NCBI GenBank assembly: GCA_964016885.1
Contig: OZ024742.1
Coordinates: 260,834,001 to 260,898,000, forward strand
Source of the DNA: Eledone cirrhosa
Lineage: Eukaryota
DNA: 64,000 bases
Direction: 5' to 3'
Shown here piece by piece: positions 1-12,549 of the stretch. The translations under genes were made by a program, and so were the position numbers. Each line of letters starts with the position of its first letter. Within the stretch, counting starts at the first letter, position 1. Under the pieces are notes generated by a model, which saw only the letters and a program-made list of their open reading frames with translations, was not told the DNA's origin and made no database searches.

Positions 1-752
1 CAAAATCGCTTATTTTTCTGTCAAACAACTGGATAGGAAAAAGAATGCATCCAAGACAATATGCAAAGGAGCGACTAACCGAGCGATGTCATTAATAAGG
101 TATAGGCAGGGAATTTAAAACTAAAACCAACATGGCGGACTATTTCGCGCCAAATACACTATTGAAGGAGAAGAAAGCTGCCATCTTGTCTTCCTCAAAA
201 ATGTTAGCCAGAGAAAAGAAGAAAAGGAGAAAAAAAAGAAAAAAACATTCATACAATTGCTGTTTGTTTGTGTGTAAATAACTTTGGGTGTTCGTTTTGC
301 ACATATGAAGAGTTTGATGTTAAGTGTTACAGAGAAATATGTTTAGATCGGTCAATACAGCCATATCAGAATCAAGTGTGTTGTTCTGTATTAAATGTTT
401 TTTTTCTCTCTTTTTTTTTTATATACACATGGTACCATTTCCCATTATTTAAAAAAAAAACAAAAAAAAAACGTCAGGTCACCAATTTAGGATATTAGTT
501 TCAGTGTATATATATTATCAAGAATGACAATAAATGCAGGTGAGTGTTGTGACATAGTTTTACTTCACAGAAGTCAAATAAATTAATATAAATAATTGTT
601 ACCACATGTTGATAGTCAGTTGGTCACAACTCCCAGACTGGAGTGTGTGGAGAAGAACAGAAATCTTCTCTTGGTAAGGTTCAAGTGTTTCTTTAGGCTG
701 CTGGTTTTCTTCTTGTTGTGGGCGAAGGAAGTGCGAGAGAATTGCCTCGCAT

Positions 753-913
753 GTGTTAGGAAGGGCATCCAGCTGTAGAAATCAAGCCAAATCAGTTCCT
801 GTATGAGCAAGGCATGGTCAGCCGACCAGACACTGCCCACCACAGGACAACCCGTCTAACCCATGCTAGCGTGGAAGAACGGACGTAAAACGGTGATGAT
901 GATGATGATGATA
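753..913 (+). mobile_element. SINE family B, 3' part with (GAT)n tail, inserted in an LTR
   Basis: TTAGGAAGGGCATCCAGCTGTAGAAATC...CCCATGCTAGCGTGGAAGAACGGACGTAAAA followed by (GAT)n. It matches copies at 31185-31335 and 52040-52330. Confidence 0.8.
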
Positions 914-948
914 GTCCCCAGGGGGACACAACTCCATTTAGTACATGG

Positions 949-1050
949 ATCTGCCACTGGGAGTCGCGACCGTCACAAAGGGACACAACTCCTATACGTA
1001 TCTGCCACTGGGAGTCGCGACCGTCGCAAAGGGACGCAATTCCTATACGT
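949..1050. repeat. Two tandem 51-bp repeats in the U3 part of the LTR
   Basis: ATCTGCCACTGGGAGTCGCGACCGTCACAAAGGGACACAACTCCTATACGT at 949 and 1000 (3 differences), with a partial copy at 923-935. Confidence 0.9.
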
Positions 1051-1080
1051 ACTGAGTTACAGCCATAAGGGGCCGCTACA

Positions 1081-4000
1081 GATTCATTGAAGTGTACAAA
1101 TTAGCCAAAATGTTGACCAGGTGGAGAATTTGTACTTACCCGAAAATCTTGCACATATTGTGTGGGCCATCGGACTGTTCTTCCCGATTTGGTGTGTCAG
1201 GGTTGTGCAGAATTTGTAGTGTTTGTGTCGGGTAAAGTTGTTGGTGAGTCTGTTGGAGAAAAGGCAGTAACTGGTGGCATATCCTGTTCCATGAATGCTT
1301 TTTTTTCATCGGTCAATGGAGACAGTATTTCGTTTTCCGTTTATATCGAGGACGAAATACTTTGATTGTTTATGCATTATTTTATAAAGCCCGGAATACA
1401 GTGGATGAAGTTGACACGGGATACTGTCATTCCGAACGAAAACATGCGTCCAAGTATTGATGTCCTTTGGTACATGTGAAGTGACGTGTTTTTGTCTAGG
1501 GGCTGAAGTAGACAAATGCGACATAGATGACCGTAAATGATGTACATATTTTGCTGGGTCTGGAAGTTCTTGTGGCGAAACAGGGGCGATCATTTGCCCA
1601 GGTAAAGTGAGTGCTGTGCCATAAACCAGTTCAGCTGGAGTATTTCCGATTCCCTCCTTAACAGTGGGATGAATACCAAGTAGAATGAGTGGGAGGTGAT
1701 GAACCAGTTAGCGGAGTCTGGGTAAGCCTTGATGGCTGCTTTCAGCTGACGGTGAAAGCGTTCGACCATGCTGTTAGCTGCAGGGTGATAAGCTGTTGTA
1801 CGGATGTGTTTACATCCAAGAAGACGAGTCAGCTCGGTAAAGAGGTGAGAATCAAACTGACACCCTCTGTCCATAGTGATGGTCACAGGTGTGCCGAAAC
1901 GCAAACCCAGTGAAACACTAGTGTTTTGGCGACAGTTTCCACGGAAATATCCGCCAGGGAAAAAGCTTCTGGCCAGCGAGAAAATCAGTCAACACAGGTG
2001 AGAAGATGAGTGTAATTGTGAGAAAGAAGCAGAGGTCTAATGATGTCTATGTGCACGTGTTGGAAATGTGCATCAGGTGTTGCAAAAGAACCCATCGGAG
2101 ATTTAATGTGCCGGTGAATTTTCACTTTTTGGCACGCGATAGTTCCTAGCCCGTTCACAGGTGTCCTTGTTGATGTTGGATCACACAAAGTAGGCAGTTA
2201 TCAGATTTTGTGTGGCATGGACACCAGGATGTGCCAGAGAATGTAGTGCCGAAAAAACGTTGCGTCGATATTTCCGGGGTACGTATGGGTGTTCATGGCT
2301 GGTGGAGATGTTGCACCAAATATGTCCTGAAGTAGAGGGCAGGGGGCATTCTTGTAATTTCAAGGATAGATTCCGGAGCTGTAGCAGTTCCTCGTCATCC
2401 TGTTGATCAGCTGCAATCTGCTGGAGATCGATAGTGGCAGTGGTGTGGATTGCATTAAGCTCCATGCGCGACAGAGCATCAGCTGCTGAGTTGGTTGCAC
2501 CTTTAATGTGCTGAATGTCAGTTGTGTACTGGGAAATAAAATCCAGATGTCGGATTTGCCTGGGTGAGTGACGGTCAGGCTTGGTGTTGAATGCGTACAC
2601 TAGTGGTTTGTGGTCGGTGTATATAGAGAAAACGTGACCTTCAAGCATGTGTTGAAAATGCTTGACAGCATAGTTTATTGCCAATAATTCACAACCGAAT
2701 GTACTATACTTAGTCTCGGCGGGTTTAAAAAGCTTGGAGAAAAAAGATACAGGTTGCCAAATACCGTCAGTGAGTTGTGGAAGCACTCTTCTAACTCCAG
2801 AATCGGATACATCAGCCAATACACACATTGGGGCATCAGGTTTGGGGTAACTCAGCACTGTCGCCTCGAATAACATCTTCTTCAATTCAGTGAAAGCGGT
2901 ACATTCTTTTTCGCTGAGATTGATGTTCGCGCTTTTGCTTGTACGCTGTTGCAGTAAATGCATGGGCAGTTGGGCTGTCTCTGCACAGTGGTATGAATCT
3001 TCAATAAAATTCACCAGGCCAAGAAATTCTTGCAGTTTGCGGAGAGATGAGGGTTGTGGAAAATCAATGATGGATTTAACTTTCTCGTGAAGTGGGCTAA
3101 TGCCATCTTTATCTCTGATGTGTCCAAGAAAATGAAGGGACGCAACTCCAAACTCACACTTGCTGGGGTTGATGACGATACCGTAATCTCACAAACGTTG
3201 GAATAGCAGGTGCCTCTCATGTTCATCATCAGAGCTGCTGGCCACCAGTAAGTCGTTGATGTATGCGTATACAAAAGGCAGACCTCTGGTGACTGTATCA
3301 ATGAACCATTGGAATGTCTGCGCTGCGTTGTGTAAACCAAAAGATATACGCAGGAATTCGAACATTCCAAAGGGTGTTGTGACGGCAGTCTTCGGAATAT
3401 CAGCTGGTTCCACAGGTATCTGATTATAAGCTCGCACAAGATCGATTTTCGAAAATATGCGAGCTCTGTGCGTGAGCTAGAGAAGTCCTATAGACAAGGC
3501 TCTGGATATGAGTCAGGCACGTGCAGTTGTTCAGTGCACGGTAGTCACCACATATTCGCCAGTCGTTCAACAACTTCTTGGGGACACAGTGTATTGGCGA
3601 GGACCAATTGCTACTAGACAGACGTATGATTCCGAGGTCCAGCATGCGCTGAAATTCTCGTTTGACGGACTTAAGACGGTCTGGTGGTAGCCTTCGAGAT
3701 CGTGCAGTGACAGGTGGGCCGTGTGTTTTGATGTGGTGGGTGACATCTTGTTTTACAGGGCAGGCGTTAAATACTGGTCGAGCTACGTCTGGGTATCCTT
3801 TGAGTATAGAGCTGTGCCGGGATCGTAAAATAACTGGACTGACCGAGCGGCTATGCCGCGCACAGTAAGACCAGTGGAGCCGTCAACGAGTCATCGATGT
3901 TTTAGATCCACCAGGAGAGAGAGAAGTGCTGAAGAAAATCAGCTCCTAAAATAGGGTCGGCAGCTTAGCTACAACGAATACCCACGGGATGCACTCGGAC

Positions 4001-5284
4001 TTCTGAAGCGACCACCGATTGCCAAGTTCTACTATTAGATCGGCGCGTCGAAGGGTTACCTAGTGACAAGGCCTGAATTTGTTGCCTGCTATAACAGTAA
4101 AGAGTGGAAATTGGGCATCTCTGTGGTACTGGAGTATTGAAGGAAAGGATTGGTGGAAGGAACAGCTGGCGTTACATTAGCTAAGGTTGAGTGCGAATGT
4201 AGTACTTCCATGATTTTATCCGCCAGCTCGGCGAGTTCTTCAATGGAGGTGGACGCCCTGGTAGATGCTATAACTTGTGTGGCAGAAGGCAAACACTGGA
4301 GGAAGAGTTGTTTAAACATTTCATCTAGGAGGGTATGTTCTCCCAGAAGCTGCTTCATTCACCGTAGGAGTTGCGTCAGCTTTTTGCTGTGACTCCGACA
4401 TCCTCTTAATTAGTGTTGCTTTGAATGTGTCATATGACACAGAGCCGGGTGGAGCTAAAATCAGATCTCAGACTACGTTCATGATCTCAGGAGACATCGA
4501 ACCTATAACATGAGTTAGACAAGCTGCCTCGCTAACAATCCGGTTTGATGTGCGCGAAACATAGTATTGGGTGATGCACCCAGAATGGTGGTATTCTCAA
4601 TGTAGTTGTTGCCTGGACTGCCATATCTGCAGTGTATGAGTTGTCGTGCATTAGAGACATCAATGAGTCGTGAAGTTTTGTAATGCAGTGAAGAATGTGA
4701 TTTGTAAACGTCGACAGTTGAAGTGAAGGCTGTTTTGCTTTAGATCGGGGTCACCATTATGTAGTGGATAGATGTATTCTTTTATAGATGAATGATAAAA
4801 AGAATGATGCCAGAATTGTGATGTTGTCAATGTTTATTTTACAATAACAATATTCACTTGTTGGTACATCGAATATTGAATAATAAAATAGATGTAAACA
4901 ATATGAAACCTACTATGTGTGTGTGTGTGTATCTATTCTTGGTCTATGTTATTCCCGTAGTAGTGGTCGAGCTGGTATGAAATGTGAGAGCATAGTAATC
5001 AAACTGGTTTTTGTGAAGAGAAATTTCAGTATTAGCAGAACTTGAAGCCATTGTATTTATAATAATGTTATAGCTAGAAGGATGTGTATAAGGGTTGATT
5101 TATGAGCAGCCATGTGGGTTTCATTTGTCAACCTGGGGTCACAGGTCAAGTGGTGTGTACGTTTATCATACTTGTCTCTTGACAGGACAATGATGGGAAA
5201 CTACCAACAATAGGTGGTCCCTGAGGCGAGAACTCTTAGATTCGGTTTCGAACCTTCGCCAGTACATAGGCGAATTCTGTTACA
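1081..5284 (-). mobile_element. Decayed Ty3/Gypsy retrotransposon 1 (5' LTR 4760-5284, Trp PBS 4745-4756, gag-PR-RT-RH-IN fragments, 3' LTR absent)
   Basis: ORF fragments: gag (KQLFLQCLP), RT (WRICGDYRALN, YINDLL), RNase H (YSTFGCELLA, TDHKPL, NSAADALSR), integrase ([25 protein letters not shown]). LTR is TGT...ACA followed by TGGTGACCCCGA. Many frameshifts. Confidence 0.95.
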
Positions 5285-5764
5285 AATACTACCTATACCA
5301 TCTATTTCTTAAAGTATTATTATATATGCCATTGTGGTACATCTTCCAGAAGTATTTTATCTTACTGTAATTTGATAGAATATTGATTATATTTTTCAGC
5401 TATGTTTGTTTTTTTAGTGAATTAAATTAGTATCATAAGATGATGTTTTACCAATGGTTTGGTTTATTTAATGTCTGAATATGTATATGGCAAGTTAAAT
5501 GAGCATTCTGACTTCAGAACTCAGACTTGTATCATTTTCCACGTGTACAAGGATACTTATGAATAATCAAGACAGAATTATGAGAGAATATTTTACCTTA
5601 GGTAAATTACAATGGTTTGGTTTATATAGAGTCTGAATATGTATATATGTTGAATAAACAAACAGAATTGTTTAACAACAAAGCCCAGGAGTAGGAATTT
5701 CCACCTGTCTGTTTGTGACCATTCAATTCACTAATATTTAAAAATATGACAAGATATCACAGTT

Positions 5765-7462
5765 TTATATTGTTTCAACTGTGTGCACACGCATGTGAAC
5801 AGTCACATTTCCACTGCGAGAGAATGTTTTACCACAGATATCACAATGGTATGGCTTGTCTCCTACATGAGTACGTTTGTGACTGGACATATTTCCAACA
5901 GTAGAGAATGATTTACCACAGATATCACAGTGATATGGTTTCTCACCTGTGTGAGTACGTATGTGTCTAGTTAGGTGAAAATTTCGAGAAAACCTTTTCC
6001 CACAGATATCACAGTGGTGTGGTTTCTCACCTGTATGAGTACGTTTGTGTAGAGTTACTTTAGAAGCTGAAAAAAACGATTTACCACAGACATCACAAGA
6101 GTACAGTTTCTCACCTGTGTGAGTAAGTATGTGAGAAGTTAAACTGGGTTTCTGAGAATATGTTTTACCACATATATTGCAGGAGAATGGTTTCTCGCCT
6201 GTATGAGTACGCCTGTGAACAATCAATTCACTATTACGAGAGAATACTTTACCACAGATATTACAGTGGTATGGTTTCTCCCCTGTGTGAGAACGTTTGT
6301 GAACTGTCAAGCTACTATTACATGTGAATGTTTTCCCACAAATATCACAATGGTATGGTTTCTCTCCTGTATGAGTACGTTTGTGAACAGACAAGGTATT
6401 ACTACGAGGGAATGTTTTACCACAGATATCACAGTGATATGGCCTCTCACCTGTGTGACTACGTTTGTGAACAGTTAATTCACTGCTACTAGAGAATGAT
6501 TTACCACAAATAGCACAATGGTATGGTCTCTCACCTGTGTGAGTACGTTTATGATTAACCAAATATATATTTGCAGAAAATTTCTTACCGCAAATATCAC
6601 AGTGGTATGGCTTCTCACCAGTATGTCTACGTTTGTGAACAATTAAAATACCATTACGAGAAAATGATTTACCACAGATATCACAGTGGTATGGTTCCTC
6701 ACCTGTGTGAGTACGTTTATGAACAGTTAAAATACCATTACGAGAAAATGACTTACCACAGATATCACAGCGGTATGGTTTCTCACCTGTGTGAATACGT
6801 TTGTGAACAGCCAAAATACCATTCCAGGAGAATTTTTTACCACAAATATCACAGTGATATGGTTTCTCACCTGTATGAGTACGTTTGTGATTAGTCAAAT
6901 GATCATTCCAAGAAAATGTTTTATCACAAACATTGCAGTGGTATGGTTTCTCACCTGTGTGAGTACGTTTATGACTAGATAAATAATCATTTCGAGAAAA
7001 TCTTTTACCACAGATATTACAGTGATATGGTTTCTCACCTGTGTGAGTACGTTTGTGTCTCAATAAAATTGTATTGTTAGAAAAGGTTTTATCGCAGCTA
7101 TCACAATGGTAAGGTTTCTTAACTGTGTGAATTTGCTTGTGACTGGTTAAGTTACCCTTACGAGAGAATGATTTACCACAAATGAAACAGGGAAATGGTT
7201 TCTTAACTGAGTGAGTATGTTTGTGTAATGACAAAAAACTATTTGTAGTGAATGTTTTACCACAGGTACCACAGTGGTAAACATTTGAACGTGTGTGATG
7301 TGGTTTGTTTTCACTGATGACCTCACTGTTTGTGAATATCTTTGTGTTGATGTCACAGTGGTATGGTTTCTTATCTACGTCTTCCTCAGTTTCATGAAGA
7401 AATTCATTATTCTCACTTTGTGTTTCTTCATAAACCTGACTCTCACACACTCTCTCTTCCAT
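5765..7462 (-). CDS. C2H2 zinc-finger protein, 565 aa: acidic leader, 1 degenerate finger and 18 tandem intact fingers; no KRAB recognisable
   Basis: Uninterrupted ORF with CxxC-12-HxxxH units at a 28-aa period and TGEKP linkers. Confidence 0.93.
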   Translation of the reverse strand: MEERVCESQVYEETQSENNEFLHETEEDVDKKPYHCDINTKIFTNSEVISENKPHHTRSNVYHCGTCGKTFTTNSFLSLHKHTHSVKKPFPCFICGKSFSRKGNLTSHKQIHTVKKPYHCDSCDKTFSNNTILLRHKRTHTGEKPYHCNICGKRFSRNDYLSSHKRTHTGEKPYHCNVCDKTFSWNDHLTNHKRTHTGEKPYHCDICGKKFSWNGILAVHKRIHTGEKPYRCDICGKSFSRNGILTVHKRTHTGEEPYHCDICGKSFSRNGILIVHKRRHTGEKPYHCDICGKKFSANIYLVNHKRTHTGERPYHCAICGKSFSSSSELTVHKRSHTGERPYHCDICGKTFPRSNTLSVHKRTHTGEKPYHCDICGKTFTCNSSLTVHKRSHTGEKPYHCNICGKVFSRNSELIVHRRTHTGEKPFSCNICGKTYSQKPSLTSHILTHTGEKLYSCDVCGKSFFSASKVTLHKRTHTGEKPHHCDICGKRFSRNFHLTRHIRTHTGEKPYHCDICGKSFSTVGNMSSHKRTHVGDKPYHCDICGKTFSRSGNVTVHMRVHTVETI

Positions 7463-7989
7463 AATGTCATTTGTTATTCAGAAAATACAAGAATAATTCC
7501 TTCTTTATATTCTTCTTTGAAGTCAATTTAGGAATGTATAAAGCAAAGTGACAGTGTGATTAACTTGACAACTGAGATCAAAACTTACTATTTTCTTTGA
7601 CAATAAAAAATTAACATGTGAAAATATCTGTAGTTATGTCTCAGCTATAAATAAATGTTTTAAATATATTTGAGGAAAGATTCATTCTCCCAGATTCTAA
7701 TTTTGCAATTAAATCTAATCAACAGAAAGATGACTGTATTTGCTTCAGTACTCAAAATATATCCAGATATATAAAGTGTTGGTCAAGTTTTCTATTAAAT
7801 TTCACCTGGGAAATATATTTCTAATCAACTTGGAAAAGTTTCTGTCACGTCTTGCTCATAAAATGATTTCTTCAGTTTTCCATTCTTTAAAAAAATTGTT
7901 GCTGTGTGGGAAATTGCCACCTGAGTAACCAGATACACTAAAATAAAGAGACAATAATAAAATATGTGACAATTAAATGTGAACACAAA

Positions 7990-9305
7990 AGATATTAAAG
8001 AGAAGATAGTTTACCAAAGTTGATAGCAGTATGGTAGATAAGGCAACAAAGGATATGAAGGTAGGGAAAGCAGCTGGCCATTTGGGATTGCTATTAAGAT
8101 GGATGGTTAAATTATCCAGTGGAGCAGAACACAGGCTAGTCATCTGTATAGTTAACCAGGTAGTACATGAAGATGTCACACCCAATGACTGGTGTTGTAG
8201 CATCATTCTTAATTGCTACAAGGGTAAAAAGGATGCACTAGAGAGAGGCAATTGCAGAAGCATCAAATTGATGGATAAGGCCATGAAGATTACAGAAAGG
8301 TTGACAGCAAAATTGGTTAAAGACAGAATTAATCTTGAAGAAAAGCAGTTTGGCTTTATGCCAGAAAGAAGCATTACTGGTGTCATCTACCTAGTAAGAC
8401 AACAGCAGAAGTACTTAGCTAAGAATAAGCCCCTATATATAGCATTCTGGAAAACCTTTGAAAGAACCCCACACTATAATCTGGTGGGCACTTAGGAAGT
8501 TAGGGATAGAGGAATAGTTTGTAAGGGCTGTACAATCCATGTACAGAGGTGAGGATTAACAATAAGTACAGTGATTAATTTAACGTTTGAATAGAAGTCC
8601 ATCAAGACTCAGTCCTCAGCCCCTTCTTGTTTATTGTAGTCTTCCAGATCATATTAGAAAAGTTCAAGAATGAGGGAGTTGCTATAATGCTGACAACTTA
8701 ACCCTCATAGCTGAAACAATAAAAGAACTAGAGAAGTTCCAAACTTGTGAGGAAAATCTGAAATGAAAGGAACCCCAAATAAACCTAACACAGACCAAAG
8801 TTTTAATAAGCAGGAAAGAGGATAAGATTCTGCTGCATAAAAAAAATGGCCATGCTTAATATGTAGAAAAGGAGAAGGTAGGAATTCCATATGGTGTACC
8901 CATGATAGATGGTGGATACACAAAAGATGTAGTGGGATCACAAACAGGCTGAGAGGGAGGGTAGACATCGTATATGGCAGATGCACAGGAGTAGTCAACA
9001 ATAAGGATACTCAAGAAAGAAACCTTCTCAGATGTTTAGTGGGTCCACTGAAAATGGTAGAAAGCTTTTGCTACCTAGGTGACTGCATTAGTAATGGAAG
9101 TAGCTGTATTGAAAATGTAACCACCCTTGCAAACAGGGAAAAGCGGACGTATGATGATGATGAGTGAGAATGTTTAGGAAGCTGTTACTTCTGCTGGCTA
9201 CAAAAGGTTTCTCTCTCAGAGTGAAAAACAGATTATATGATACTTGTGTTCGCACTGCTATGTTGCATGGCATGGACCCTGAATGCAGACAGTTAAAGCT
9301 GGATG
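7990..9305 (+). mobile_element. Decayed RTE-clade LINE fragment (RT)
   Basis: ORF 8031-8495 has YKGKKDALERGNCRSIKL and QFGFMPERS. Downstream are degenerate HQDSVLSPFLF and ADNL motifs with stops. Confidence 0.85.
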
Positions 9306-9309
9306 CATA

Positions 9310-9599
9310 ATGTTTACAAATAAACATTTGAAAGCCTTTAGCTTTGAATTTTGGAAGCAGGGGCAGAGCGTCACTTAGCGAGTTCCAGCAAGGGGGAAAT
9401 TACCAACAATCGTTTCTGACTGATAGTCTTTATCAAGATAATGCTCCCCTTTACCTCGCTTTCTGCTAGAGGTTAATATAGGTGCAAACATAGTTATGAT
9501 GACTATGTACATGGGCTGATTAGCCTTATTTGCATTTGCAGTTGTAGGCCGCTTCCAAAACTCATAGCTAAAAGCTTTCGAATGTTTATTCGTAAACAT
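9310..9599. mobile_element. MITE-like element with about 50-bp terminal inverted repeats
   Basis: ATGTTTACAAATAAACATTTGAAAGCCTTTAGCTTTGAATTTTGGAAGC is the near reverse complement of GCTTCCAAAACTCATAGCTAAAAGCTTTCGAATGTTTATTCGTAAACAT. Confidence 0.75.
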
Positions 9600-10192
9600 A
9601 CCGTATATTATTCAATATACAAAATACACATACTTATATGTTGAAGCGAACACCTTTATTCTATCTTTTGTTTTCTTTTAATTTCTTTGCCTCAATAAAA
9701 ACAAATAGGTATATTTAAGCTATCACATATAAATATAGATAAATATATTAATAATACTTACAAATACAGGCCCAATGTAGAATATGTCACATATACTTAA
9801 GTAGTTAGAACTTAAGTTAGAAGTTCAAGCAATTACAGCAAACATTTTCAACAATATAACAATCCGATAGAACTGGATGGCAACTGTATACTGGAGCAAA
9901 GCATGTAGATAATATAGTGAACACAATTTGGGAAGCCTTAATAATAAATCGTTAGGAAGATTAACTTTATAAATAAGTCTGAATAAATTTTCTGTTGTAG
10001 ATATCTATTGGATAATTCTTCATATTAAGAAAAATACCCTCATATGTTTCGGTACCGGCGGTGGTGTTGTTTTGCTATTCCGCTTTGAGGGATTTGCGTT
10101 TGACGCGACCGAATTACGATGTTCGTTTATTTAGTTTCGAATTTTTTTTAAACATCATACAAGAATGTGTTATTTATTTAGTTTGAAATAAC

Positions 10193-10377
10193 TGTTTCTA
10201 CTTTAGGCACAAGGCCAGCAATCATCCAGTGCATTACTGGTACTTTATTTTATCGACCGCGTAAGGATGAAAGGCAAAGTCAACCTCGGCGGGATTTGAA
10301 CTCAGATCATAAAGGGACGTAACTATGCTGGAAAGCATGGCGTCCGACCCTCTACCGATACTCCCAATCCACCGCCA
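10193..10377 (-). mobile_element. tRNA-derived SINE family A, with 18-bp TSD
   Basis: B-box GAGTTCAAATCC and the core CTTTGCCTTTCATCCTTACG.GGTCGATAAAATAAAGTACC. TSD TATTTAGTTTGAAATAAC at 10175 and 10378. Confidence 0.9.
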
Positions 10378-10451
10378 TATTTAGTTTGAAATAACACCAG
10401 TCGATCGTTAAAAAAATAAGTAACTTAGAAAAACGTGTAAAGTACCTAGAC

Positions 10452-10975
10452 CAGCGGTTCCCAACCTTTTATAATAAATCCGACCTTAATGATATAGAAA
10501 ACAGTATCCCCCCCCCCCCCCCCCCCAAAAAAAAATTAACATTTTTATATAATTTTTTTTATGTAGAAATAAGTTTCTATATCCAGTTTTAAATGATAAA
10601 TTTACTAAAATAAATAATGAAAAGTACTTCAAAATAGTCAAAGTAATTTTGTCAATGAGAAATTTACTAAAATAAATAATATATATCCTGTTATAAAAAT
10701 AAGTTTCTTTACTAAGTTTATTTACTAAAACATAAATTGTTATATCCAGATTTAAATAATTATCAAGTGAAGTAAAATCATAATTAGAAAAGGTAGAAAG
10801 TTGATAAAAAAGTTGAATATAAAAATTTGAAGCAAGAAAAAGAAAAAATTATGTTAGGAAACTACTCTTCTTTTTTATGTATGAAATTTTGTGATTTTTA
10901 GTTAATTCCCGTGGCTCCCCCAATAACTTACTATGGCCCACTGGTGGGTCATGGCTCCCTGGTTGGGAACCAATG
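10452..10975. mobile_element. Non-autonomous hAT element
   Basis: TIRs CAGCGGTTCCCAACC / GGTTGGGAACCAATG. Imperfect 8-bp TSD ACCTAGAC / CCCGAGAC. Confidence 0.85.
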
Positions 10976-11221
10976 CCCGAGACGGTATTTTATCCGATTT
11001 TCTAAGCTATTATTTATAGTTATCTGCGTTTGAGATTCCCACATTTTCAAATTTCGAATCTCCCAGCGCTTCGATAATTCATAAGATTCATTGAGTTAGT
11101 TTTTTTTTATCATATTGTAAAAAAAGGATAAAGGAAAAACAGAAAAAAAACATTATGTATGTTTTTTTTTTAAATGAGTTAAGTTATTCAATAAATTTCA
11201 ACGCTTGAAAATAATGGTCAT

Positions 11222-11426
11222 AACCGGACAAAATCTCCTGGGGCAAAACCTTCCACATAGTAAACAAAAACATTACAGAATTTGAATATATAGTTTTAGT
11301 TTATTGTTTACCAAATAAATTACTTATAATGTTAACTAATGAAAACTATAGATAGATTTCGTTTATATTCTACTGTTTTATGTTTTACATTGTGGACATT
11401 TTGTCTGGTTGGGATTTTGTCCGGTG
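11222..11426. mobile_element. Small MITE-like element (related remnant at about 62140-62260)
   Basis: ACCGGACAAAATCTC ... GGGATTTTGTCCGGT inverted ends with repeated GGACAAAA submotifs. Confidence 0.6.
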
Positions 11427-12029
11427 GGAACAAAATTGTCAATCGGATTCTCAGTTGCAAGTTGCGATTTTCGGACTGTCAAACGAATTTTTTTAAATAT
11501 TCTGAAGTAAAAACCAAGAACAAACAGTTGTATTATTAAATTTTCAACCACCAACAACTAAAACTGAACTGATCTCATAATATCTATATCTGTATATGAT
11601 ATAAAAGAGTCGTTGAAACGACTCTTTATAATATAACCATACTATACTACCCCAAGTATCGAGTATTCTGTTAAGTAATAGTCTAACCAGTTTCAAACTG
11701 AATCCATGCTGATTTATGATATAAGTGATGTTTGTTTGTTGGTTGGTGTCTTCGCGCATCACACAAAATCGAAAACTGACAATCGAAAAGTAAGTTCACC
11801 AATGGAGTAAGGTATACACAGGAACGTTTATTGATACTCATTTTGTAAAATCAAAGAAGAAAAACATCCAGAGTATGCTAACCAACCCGACTGCTATTTC
11901 TAGCAGGTTGGAAAACAACTATAAGGGATTCTCTCTACGCGTTCATTGTCAACGATGTTCGTGTTTCGAGGCCGGCATCTCCGTGGATTCGAACTCAGGT
12001 TTACATACACACACATTTATATATAATTA

Positions 12030-12549
12030 TCTATATCTATATCTATATCTATATATAATATAAAAGATTGGAACTCCCATCATCATTTTGAGAAACCTAG
12101 ACCAGCCACCACTATGCAATGGCGTACGTCAGACGAATGATGAACCATCTCCTAGAGGTTACTATTCCTGGAAGCAATCATCAAGGAGAAAATGCATTTA
12201 TTCCCAAGATTCCTCTCATCCCTTTCTCTGCCGAGCTGCCGTTCAAATTCTCGAGACTTGAGTTCCCTGATAGAGCCAGTTTTGCTATGAGTAAAAATAA
12301 ACCTCAGGGGCAAAGTCCATAAATTGTCGGATTGAATATGAGAAAATCGGTTTTACCGATTGACAGTTATGTGTAGGTTGTCCACGCGTCGGAACACCTA
12401 GAAATCTTCATGTACTATGCACAAACGGTAAAACGAAGAATCTGGTGTATCTGGAAGATTTTTTTACTAGTTTCGTTTTTTAATTTTTTTATATTTTTGT
12501 CACATACACACACCACGGCCTTGCCTCGTAAACCAGACAACACGTCTAG
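12030..12549 (+). mobile_element. Internally deleted Helitron with PIF1-like helicase C-terminal remnant
   Basis: Starts A|TCTATATCTATA and ends CTAG|T. Translation IPKIPLIP...LPFKFSRLEFPDRASFAMSKNKPQGQS...TKNLVY. Confidence 0.85.

Larger units (their letters stand above)
1..1080 (-). mobile_element. 5' part of a non-autonomous LTR element: 5' LTR 486-1080, tRNA-Trp-like PBS 471-484, non-coding A-tract-rich internal region running off the window
   Basis: The minus strand reads TGTAGCGG (1080) ... CCTAAA (486), then t, then TGGTGACCTGACGT. There is no credible ORF in 1-470. It abuts the 3' UTR of the Gypsy at 1081. Confidence 0.65.

Noticed and set aside
949-1050. 51-bp repeats as a mini CRISPR array
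   Set aside because: They are head-to-tail duplicates without unique spacers and lie inside an LTR.
6203-6982. Plus-strand ORFs overlapping the ZNF gene
   Set aside because: They are antisense shadows of repetitive finger codons.
5765-7300. Regular 84-bp periodic repeats resembling a repeat-spacer (CRISPR-like) array
   Set aside because: They are zinc-finger codons in one open frame. There are no cas genes and the context is eukaryotic.
10193-10377. B-box-containing sequences as tRNA genes
   Set aside because: They are multi-copy SINE heads with TSDs and no cloverleaf was seen.
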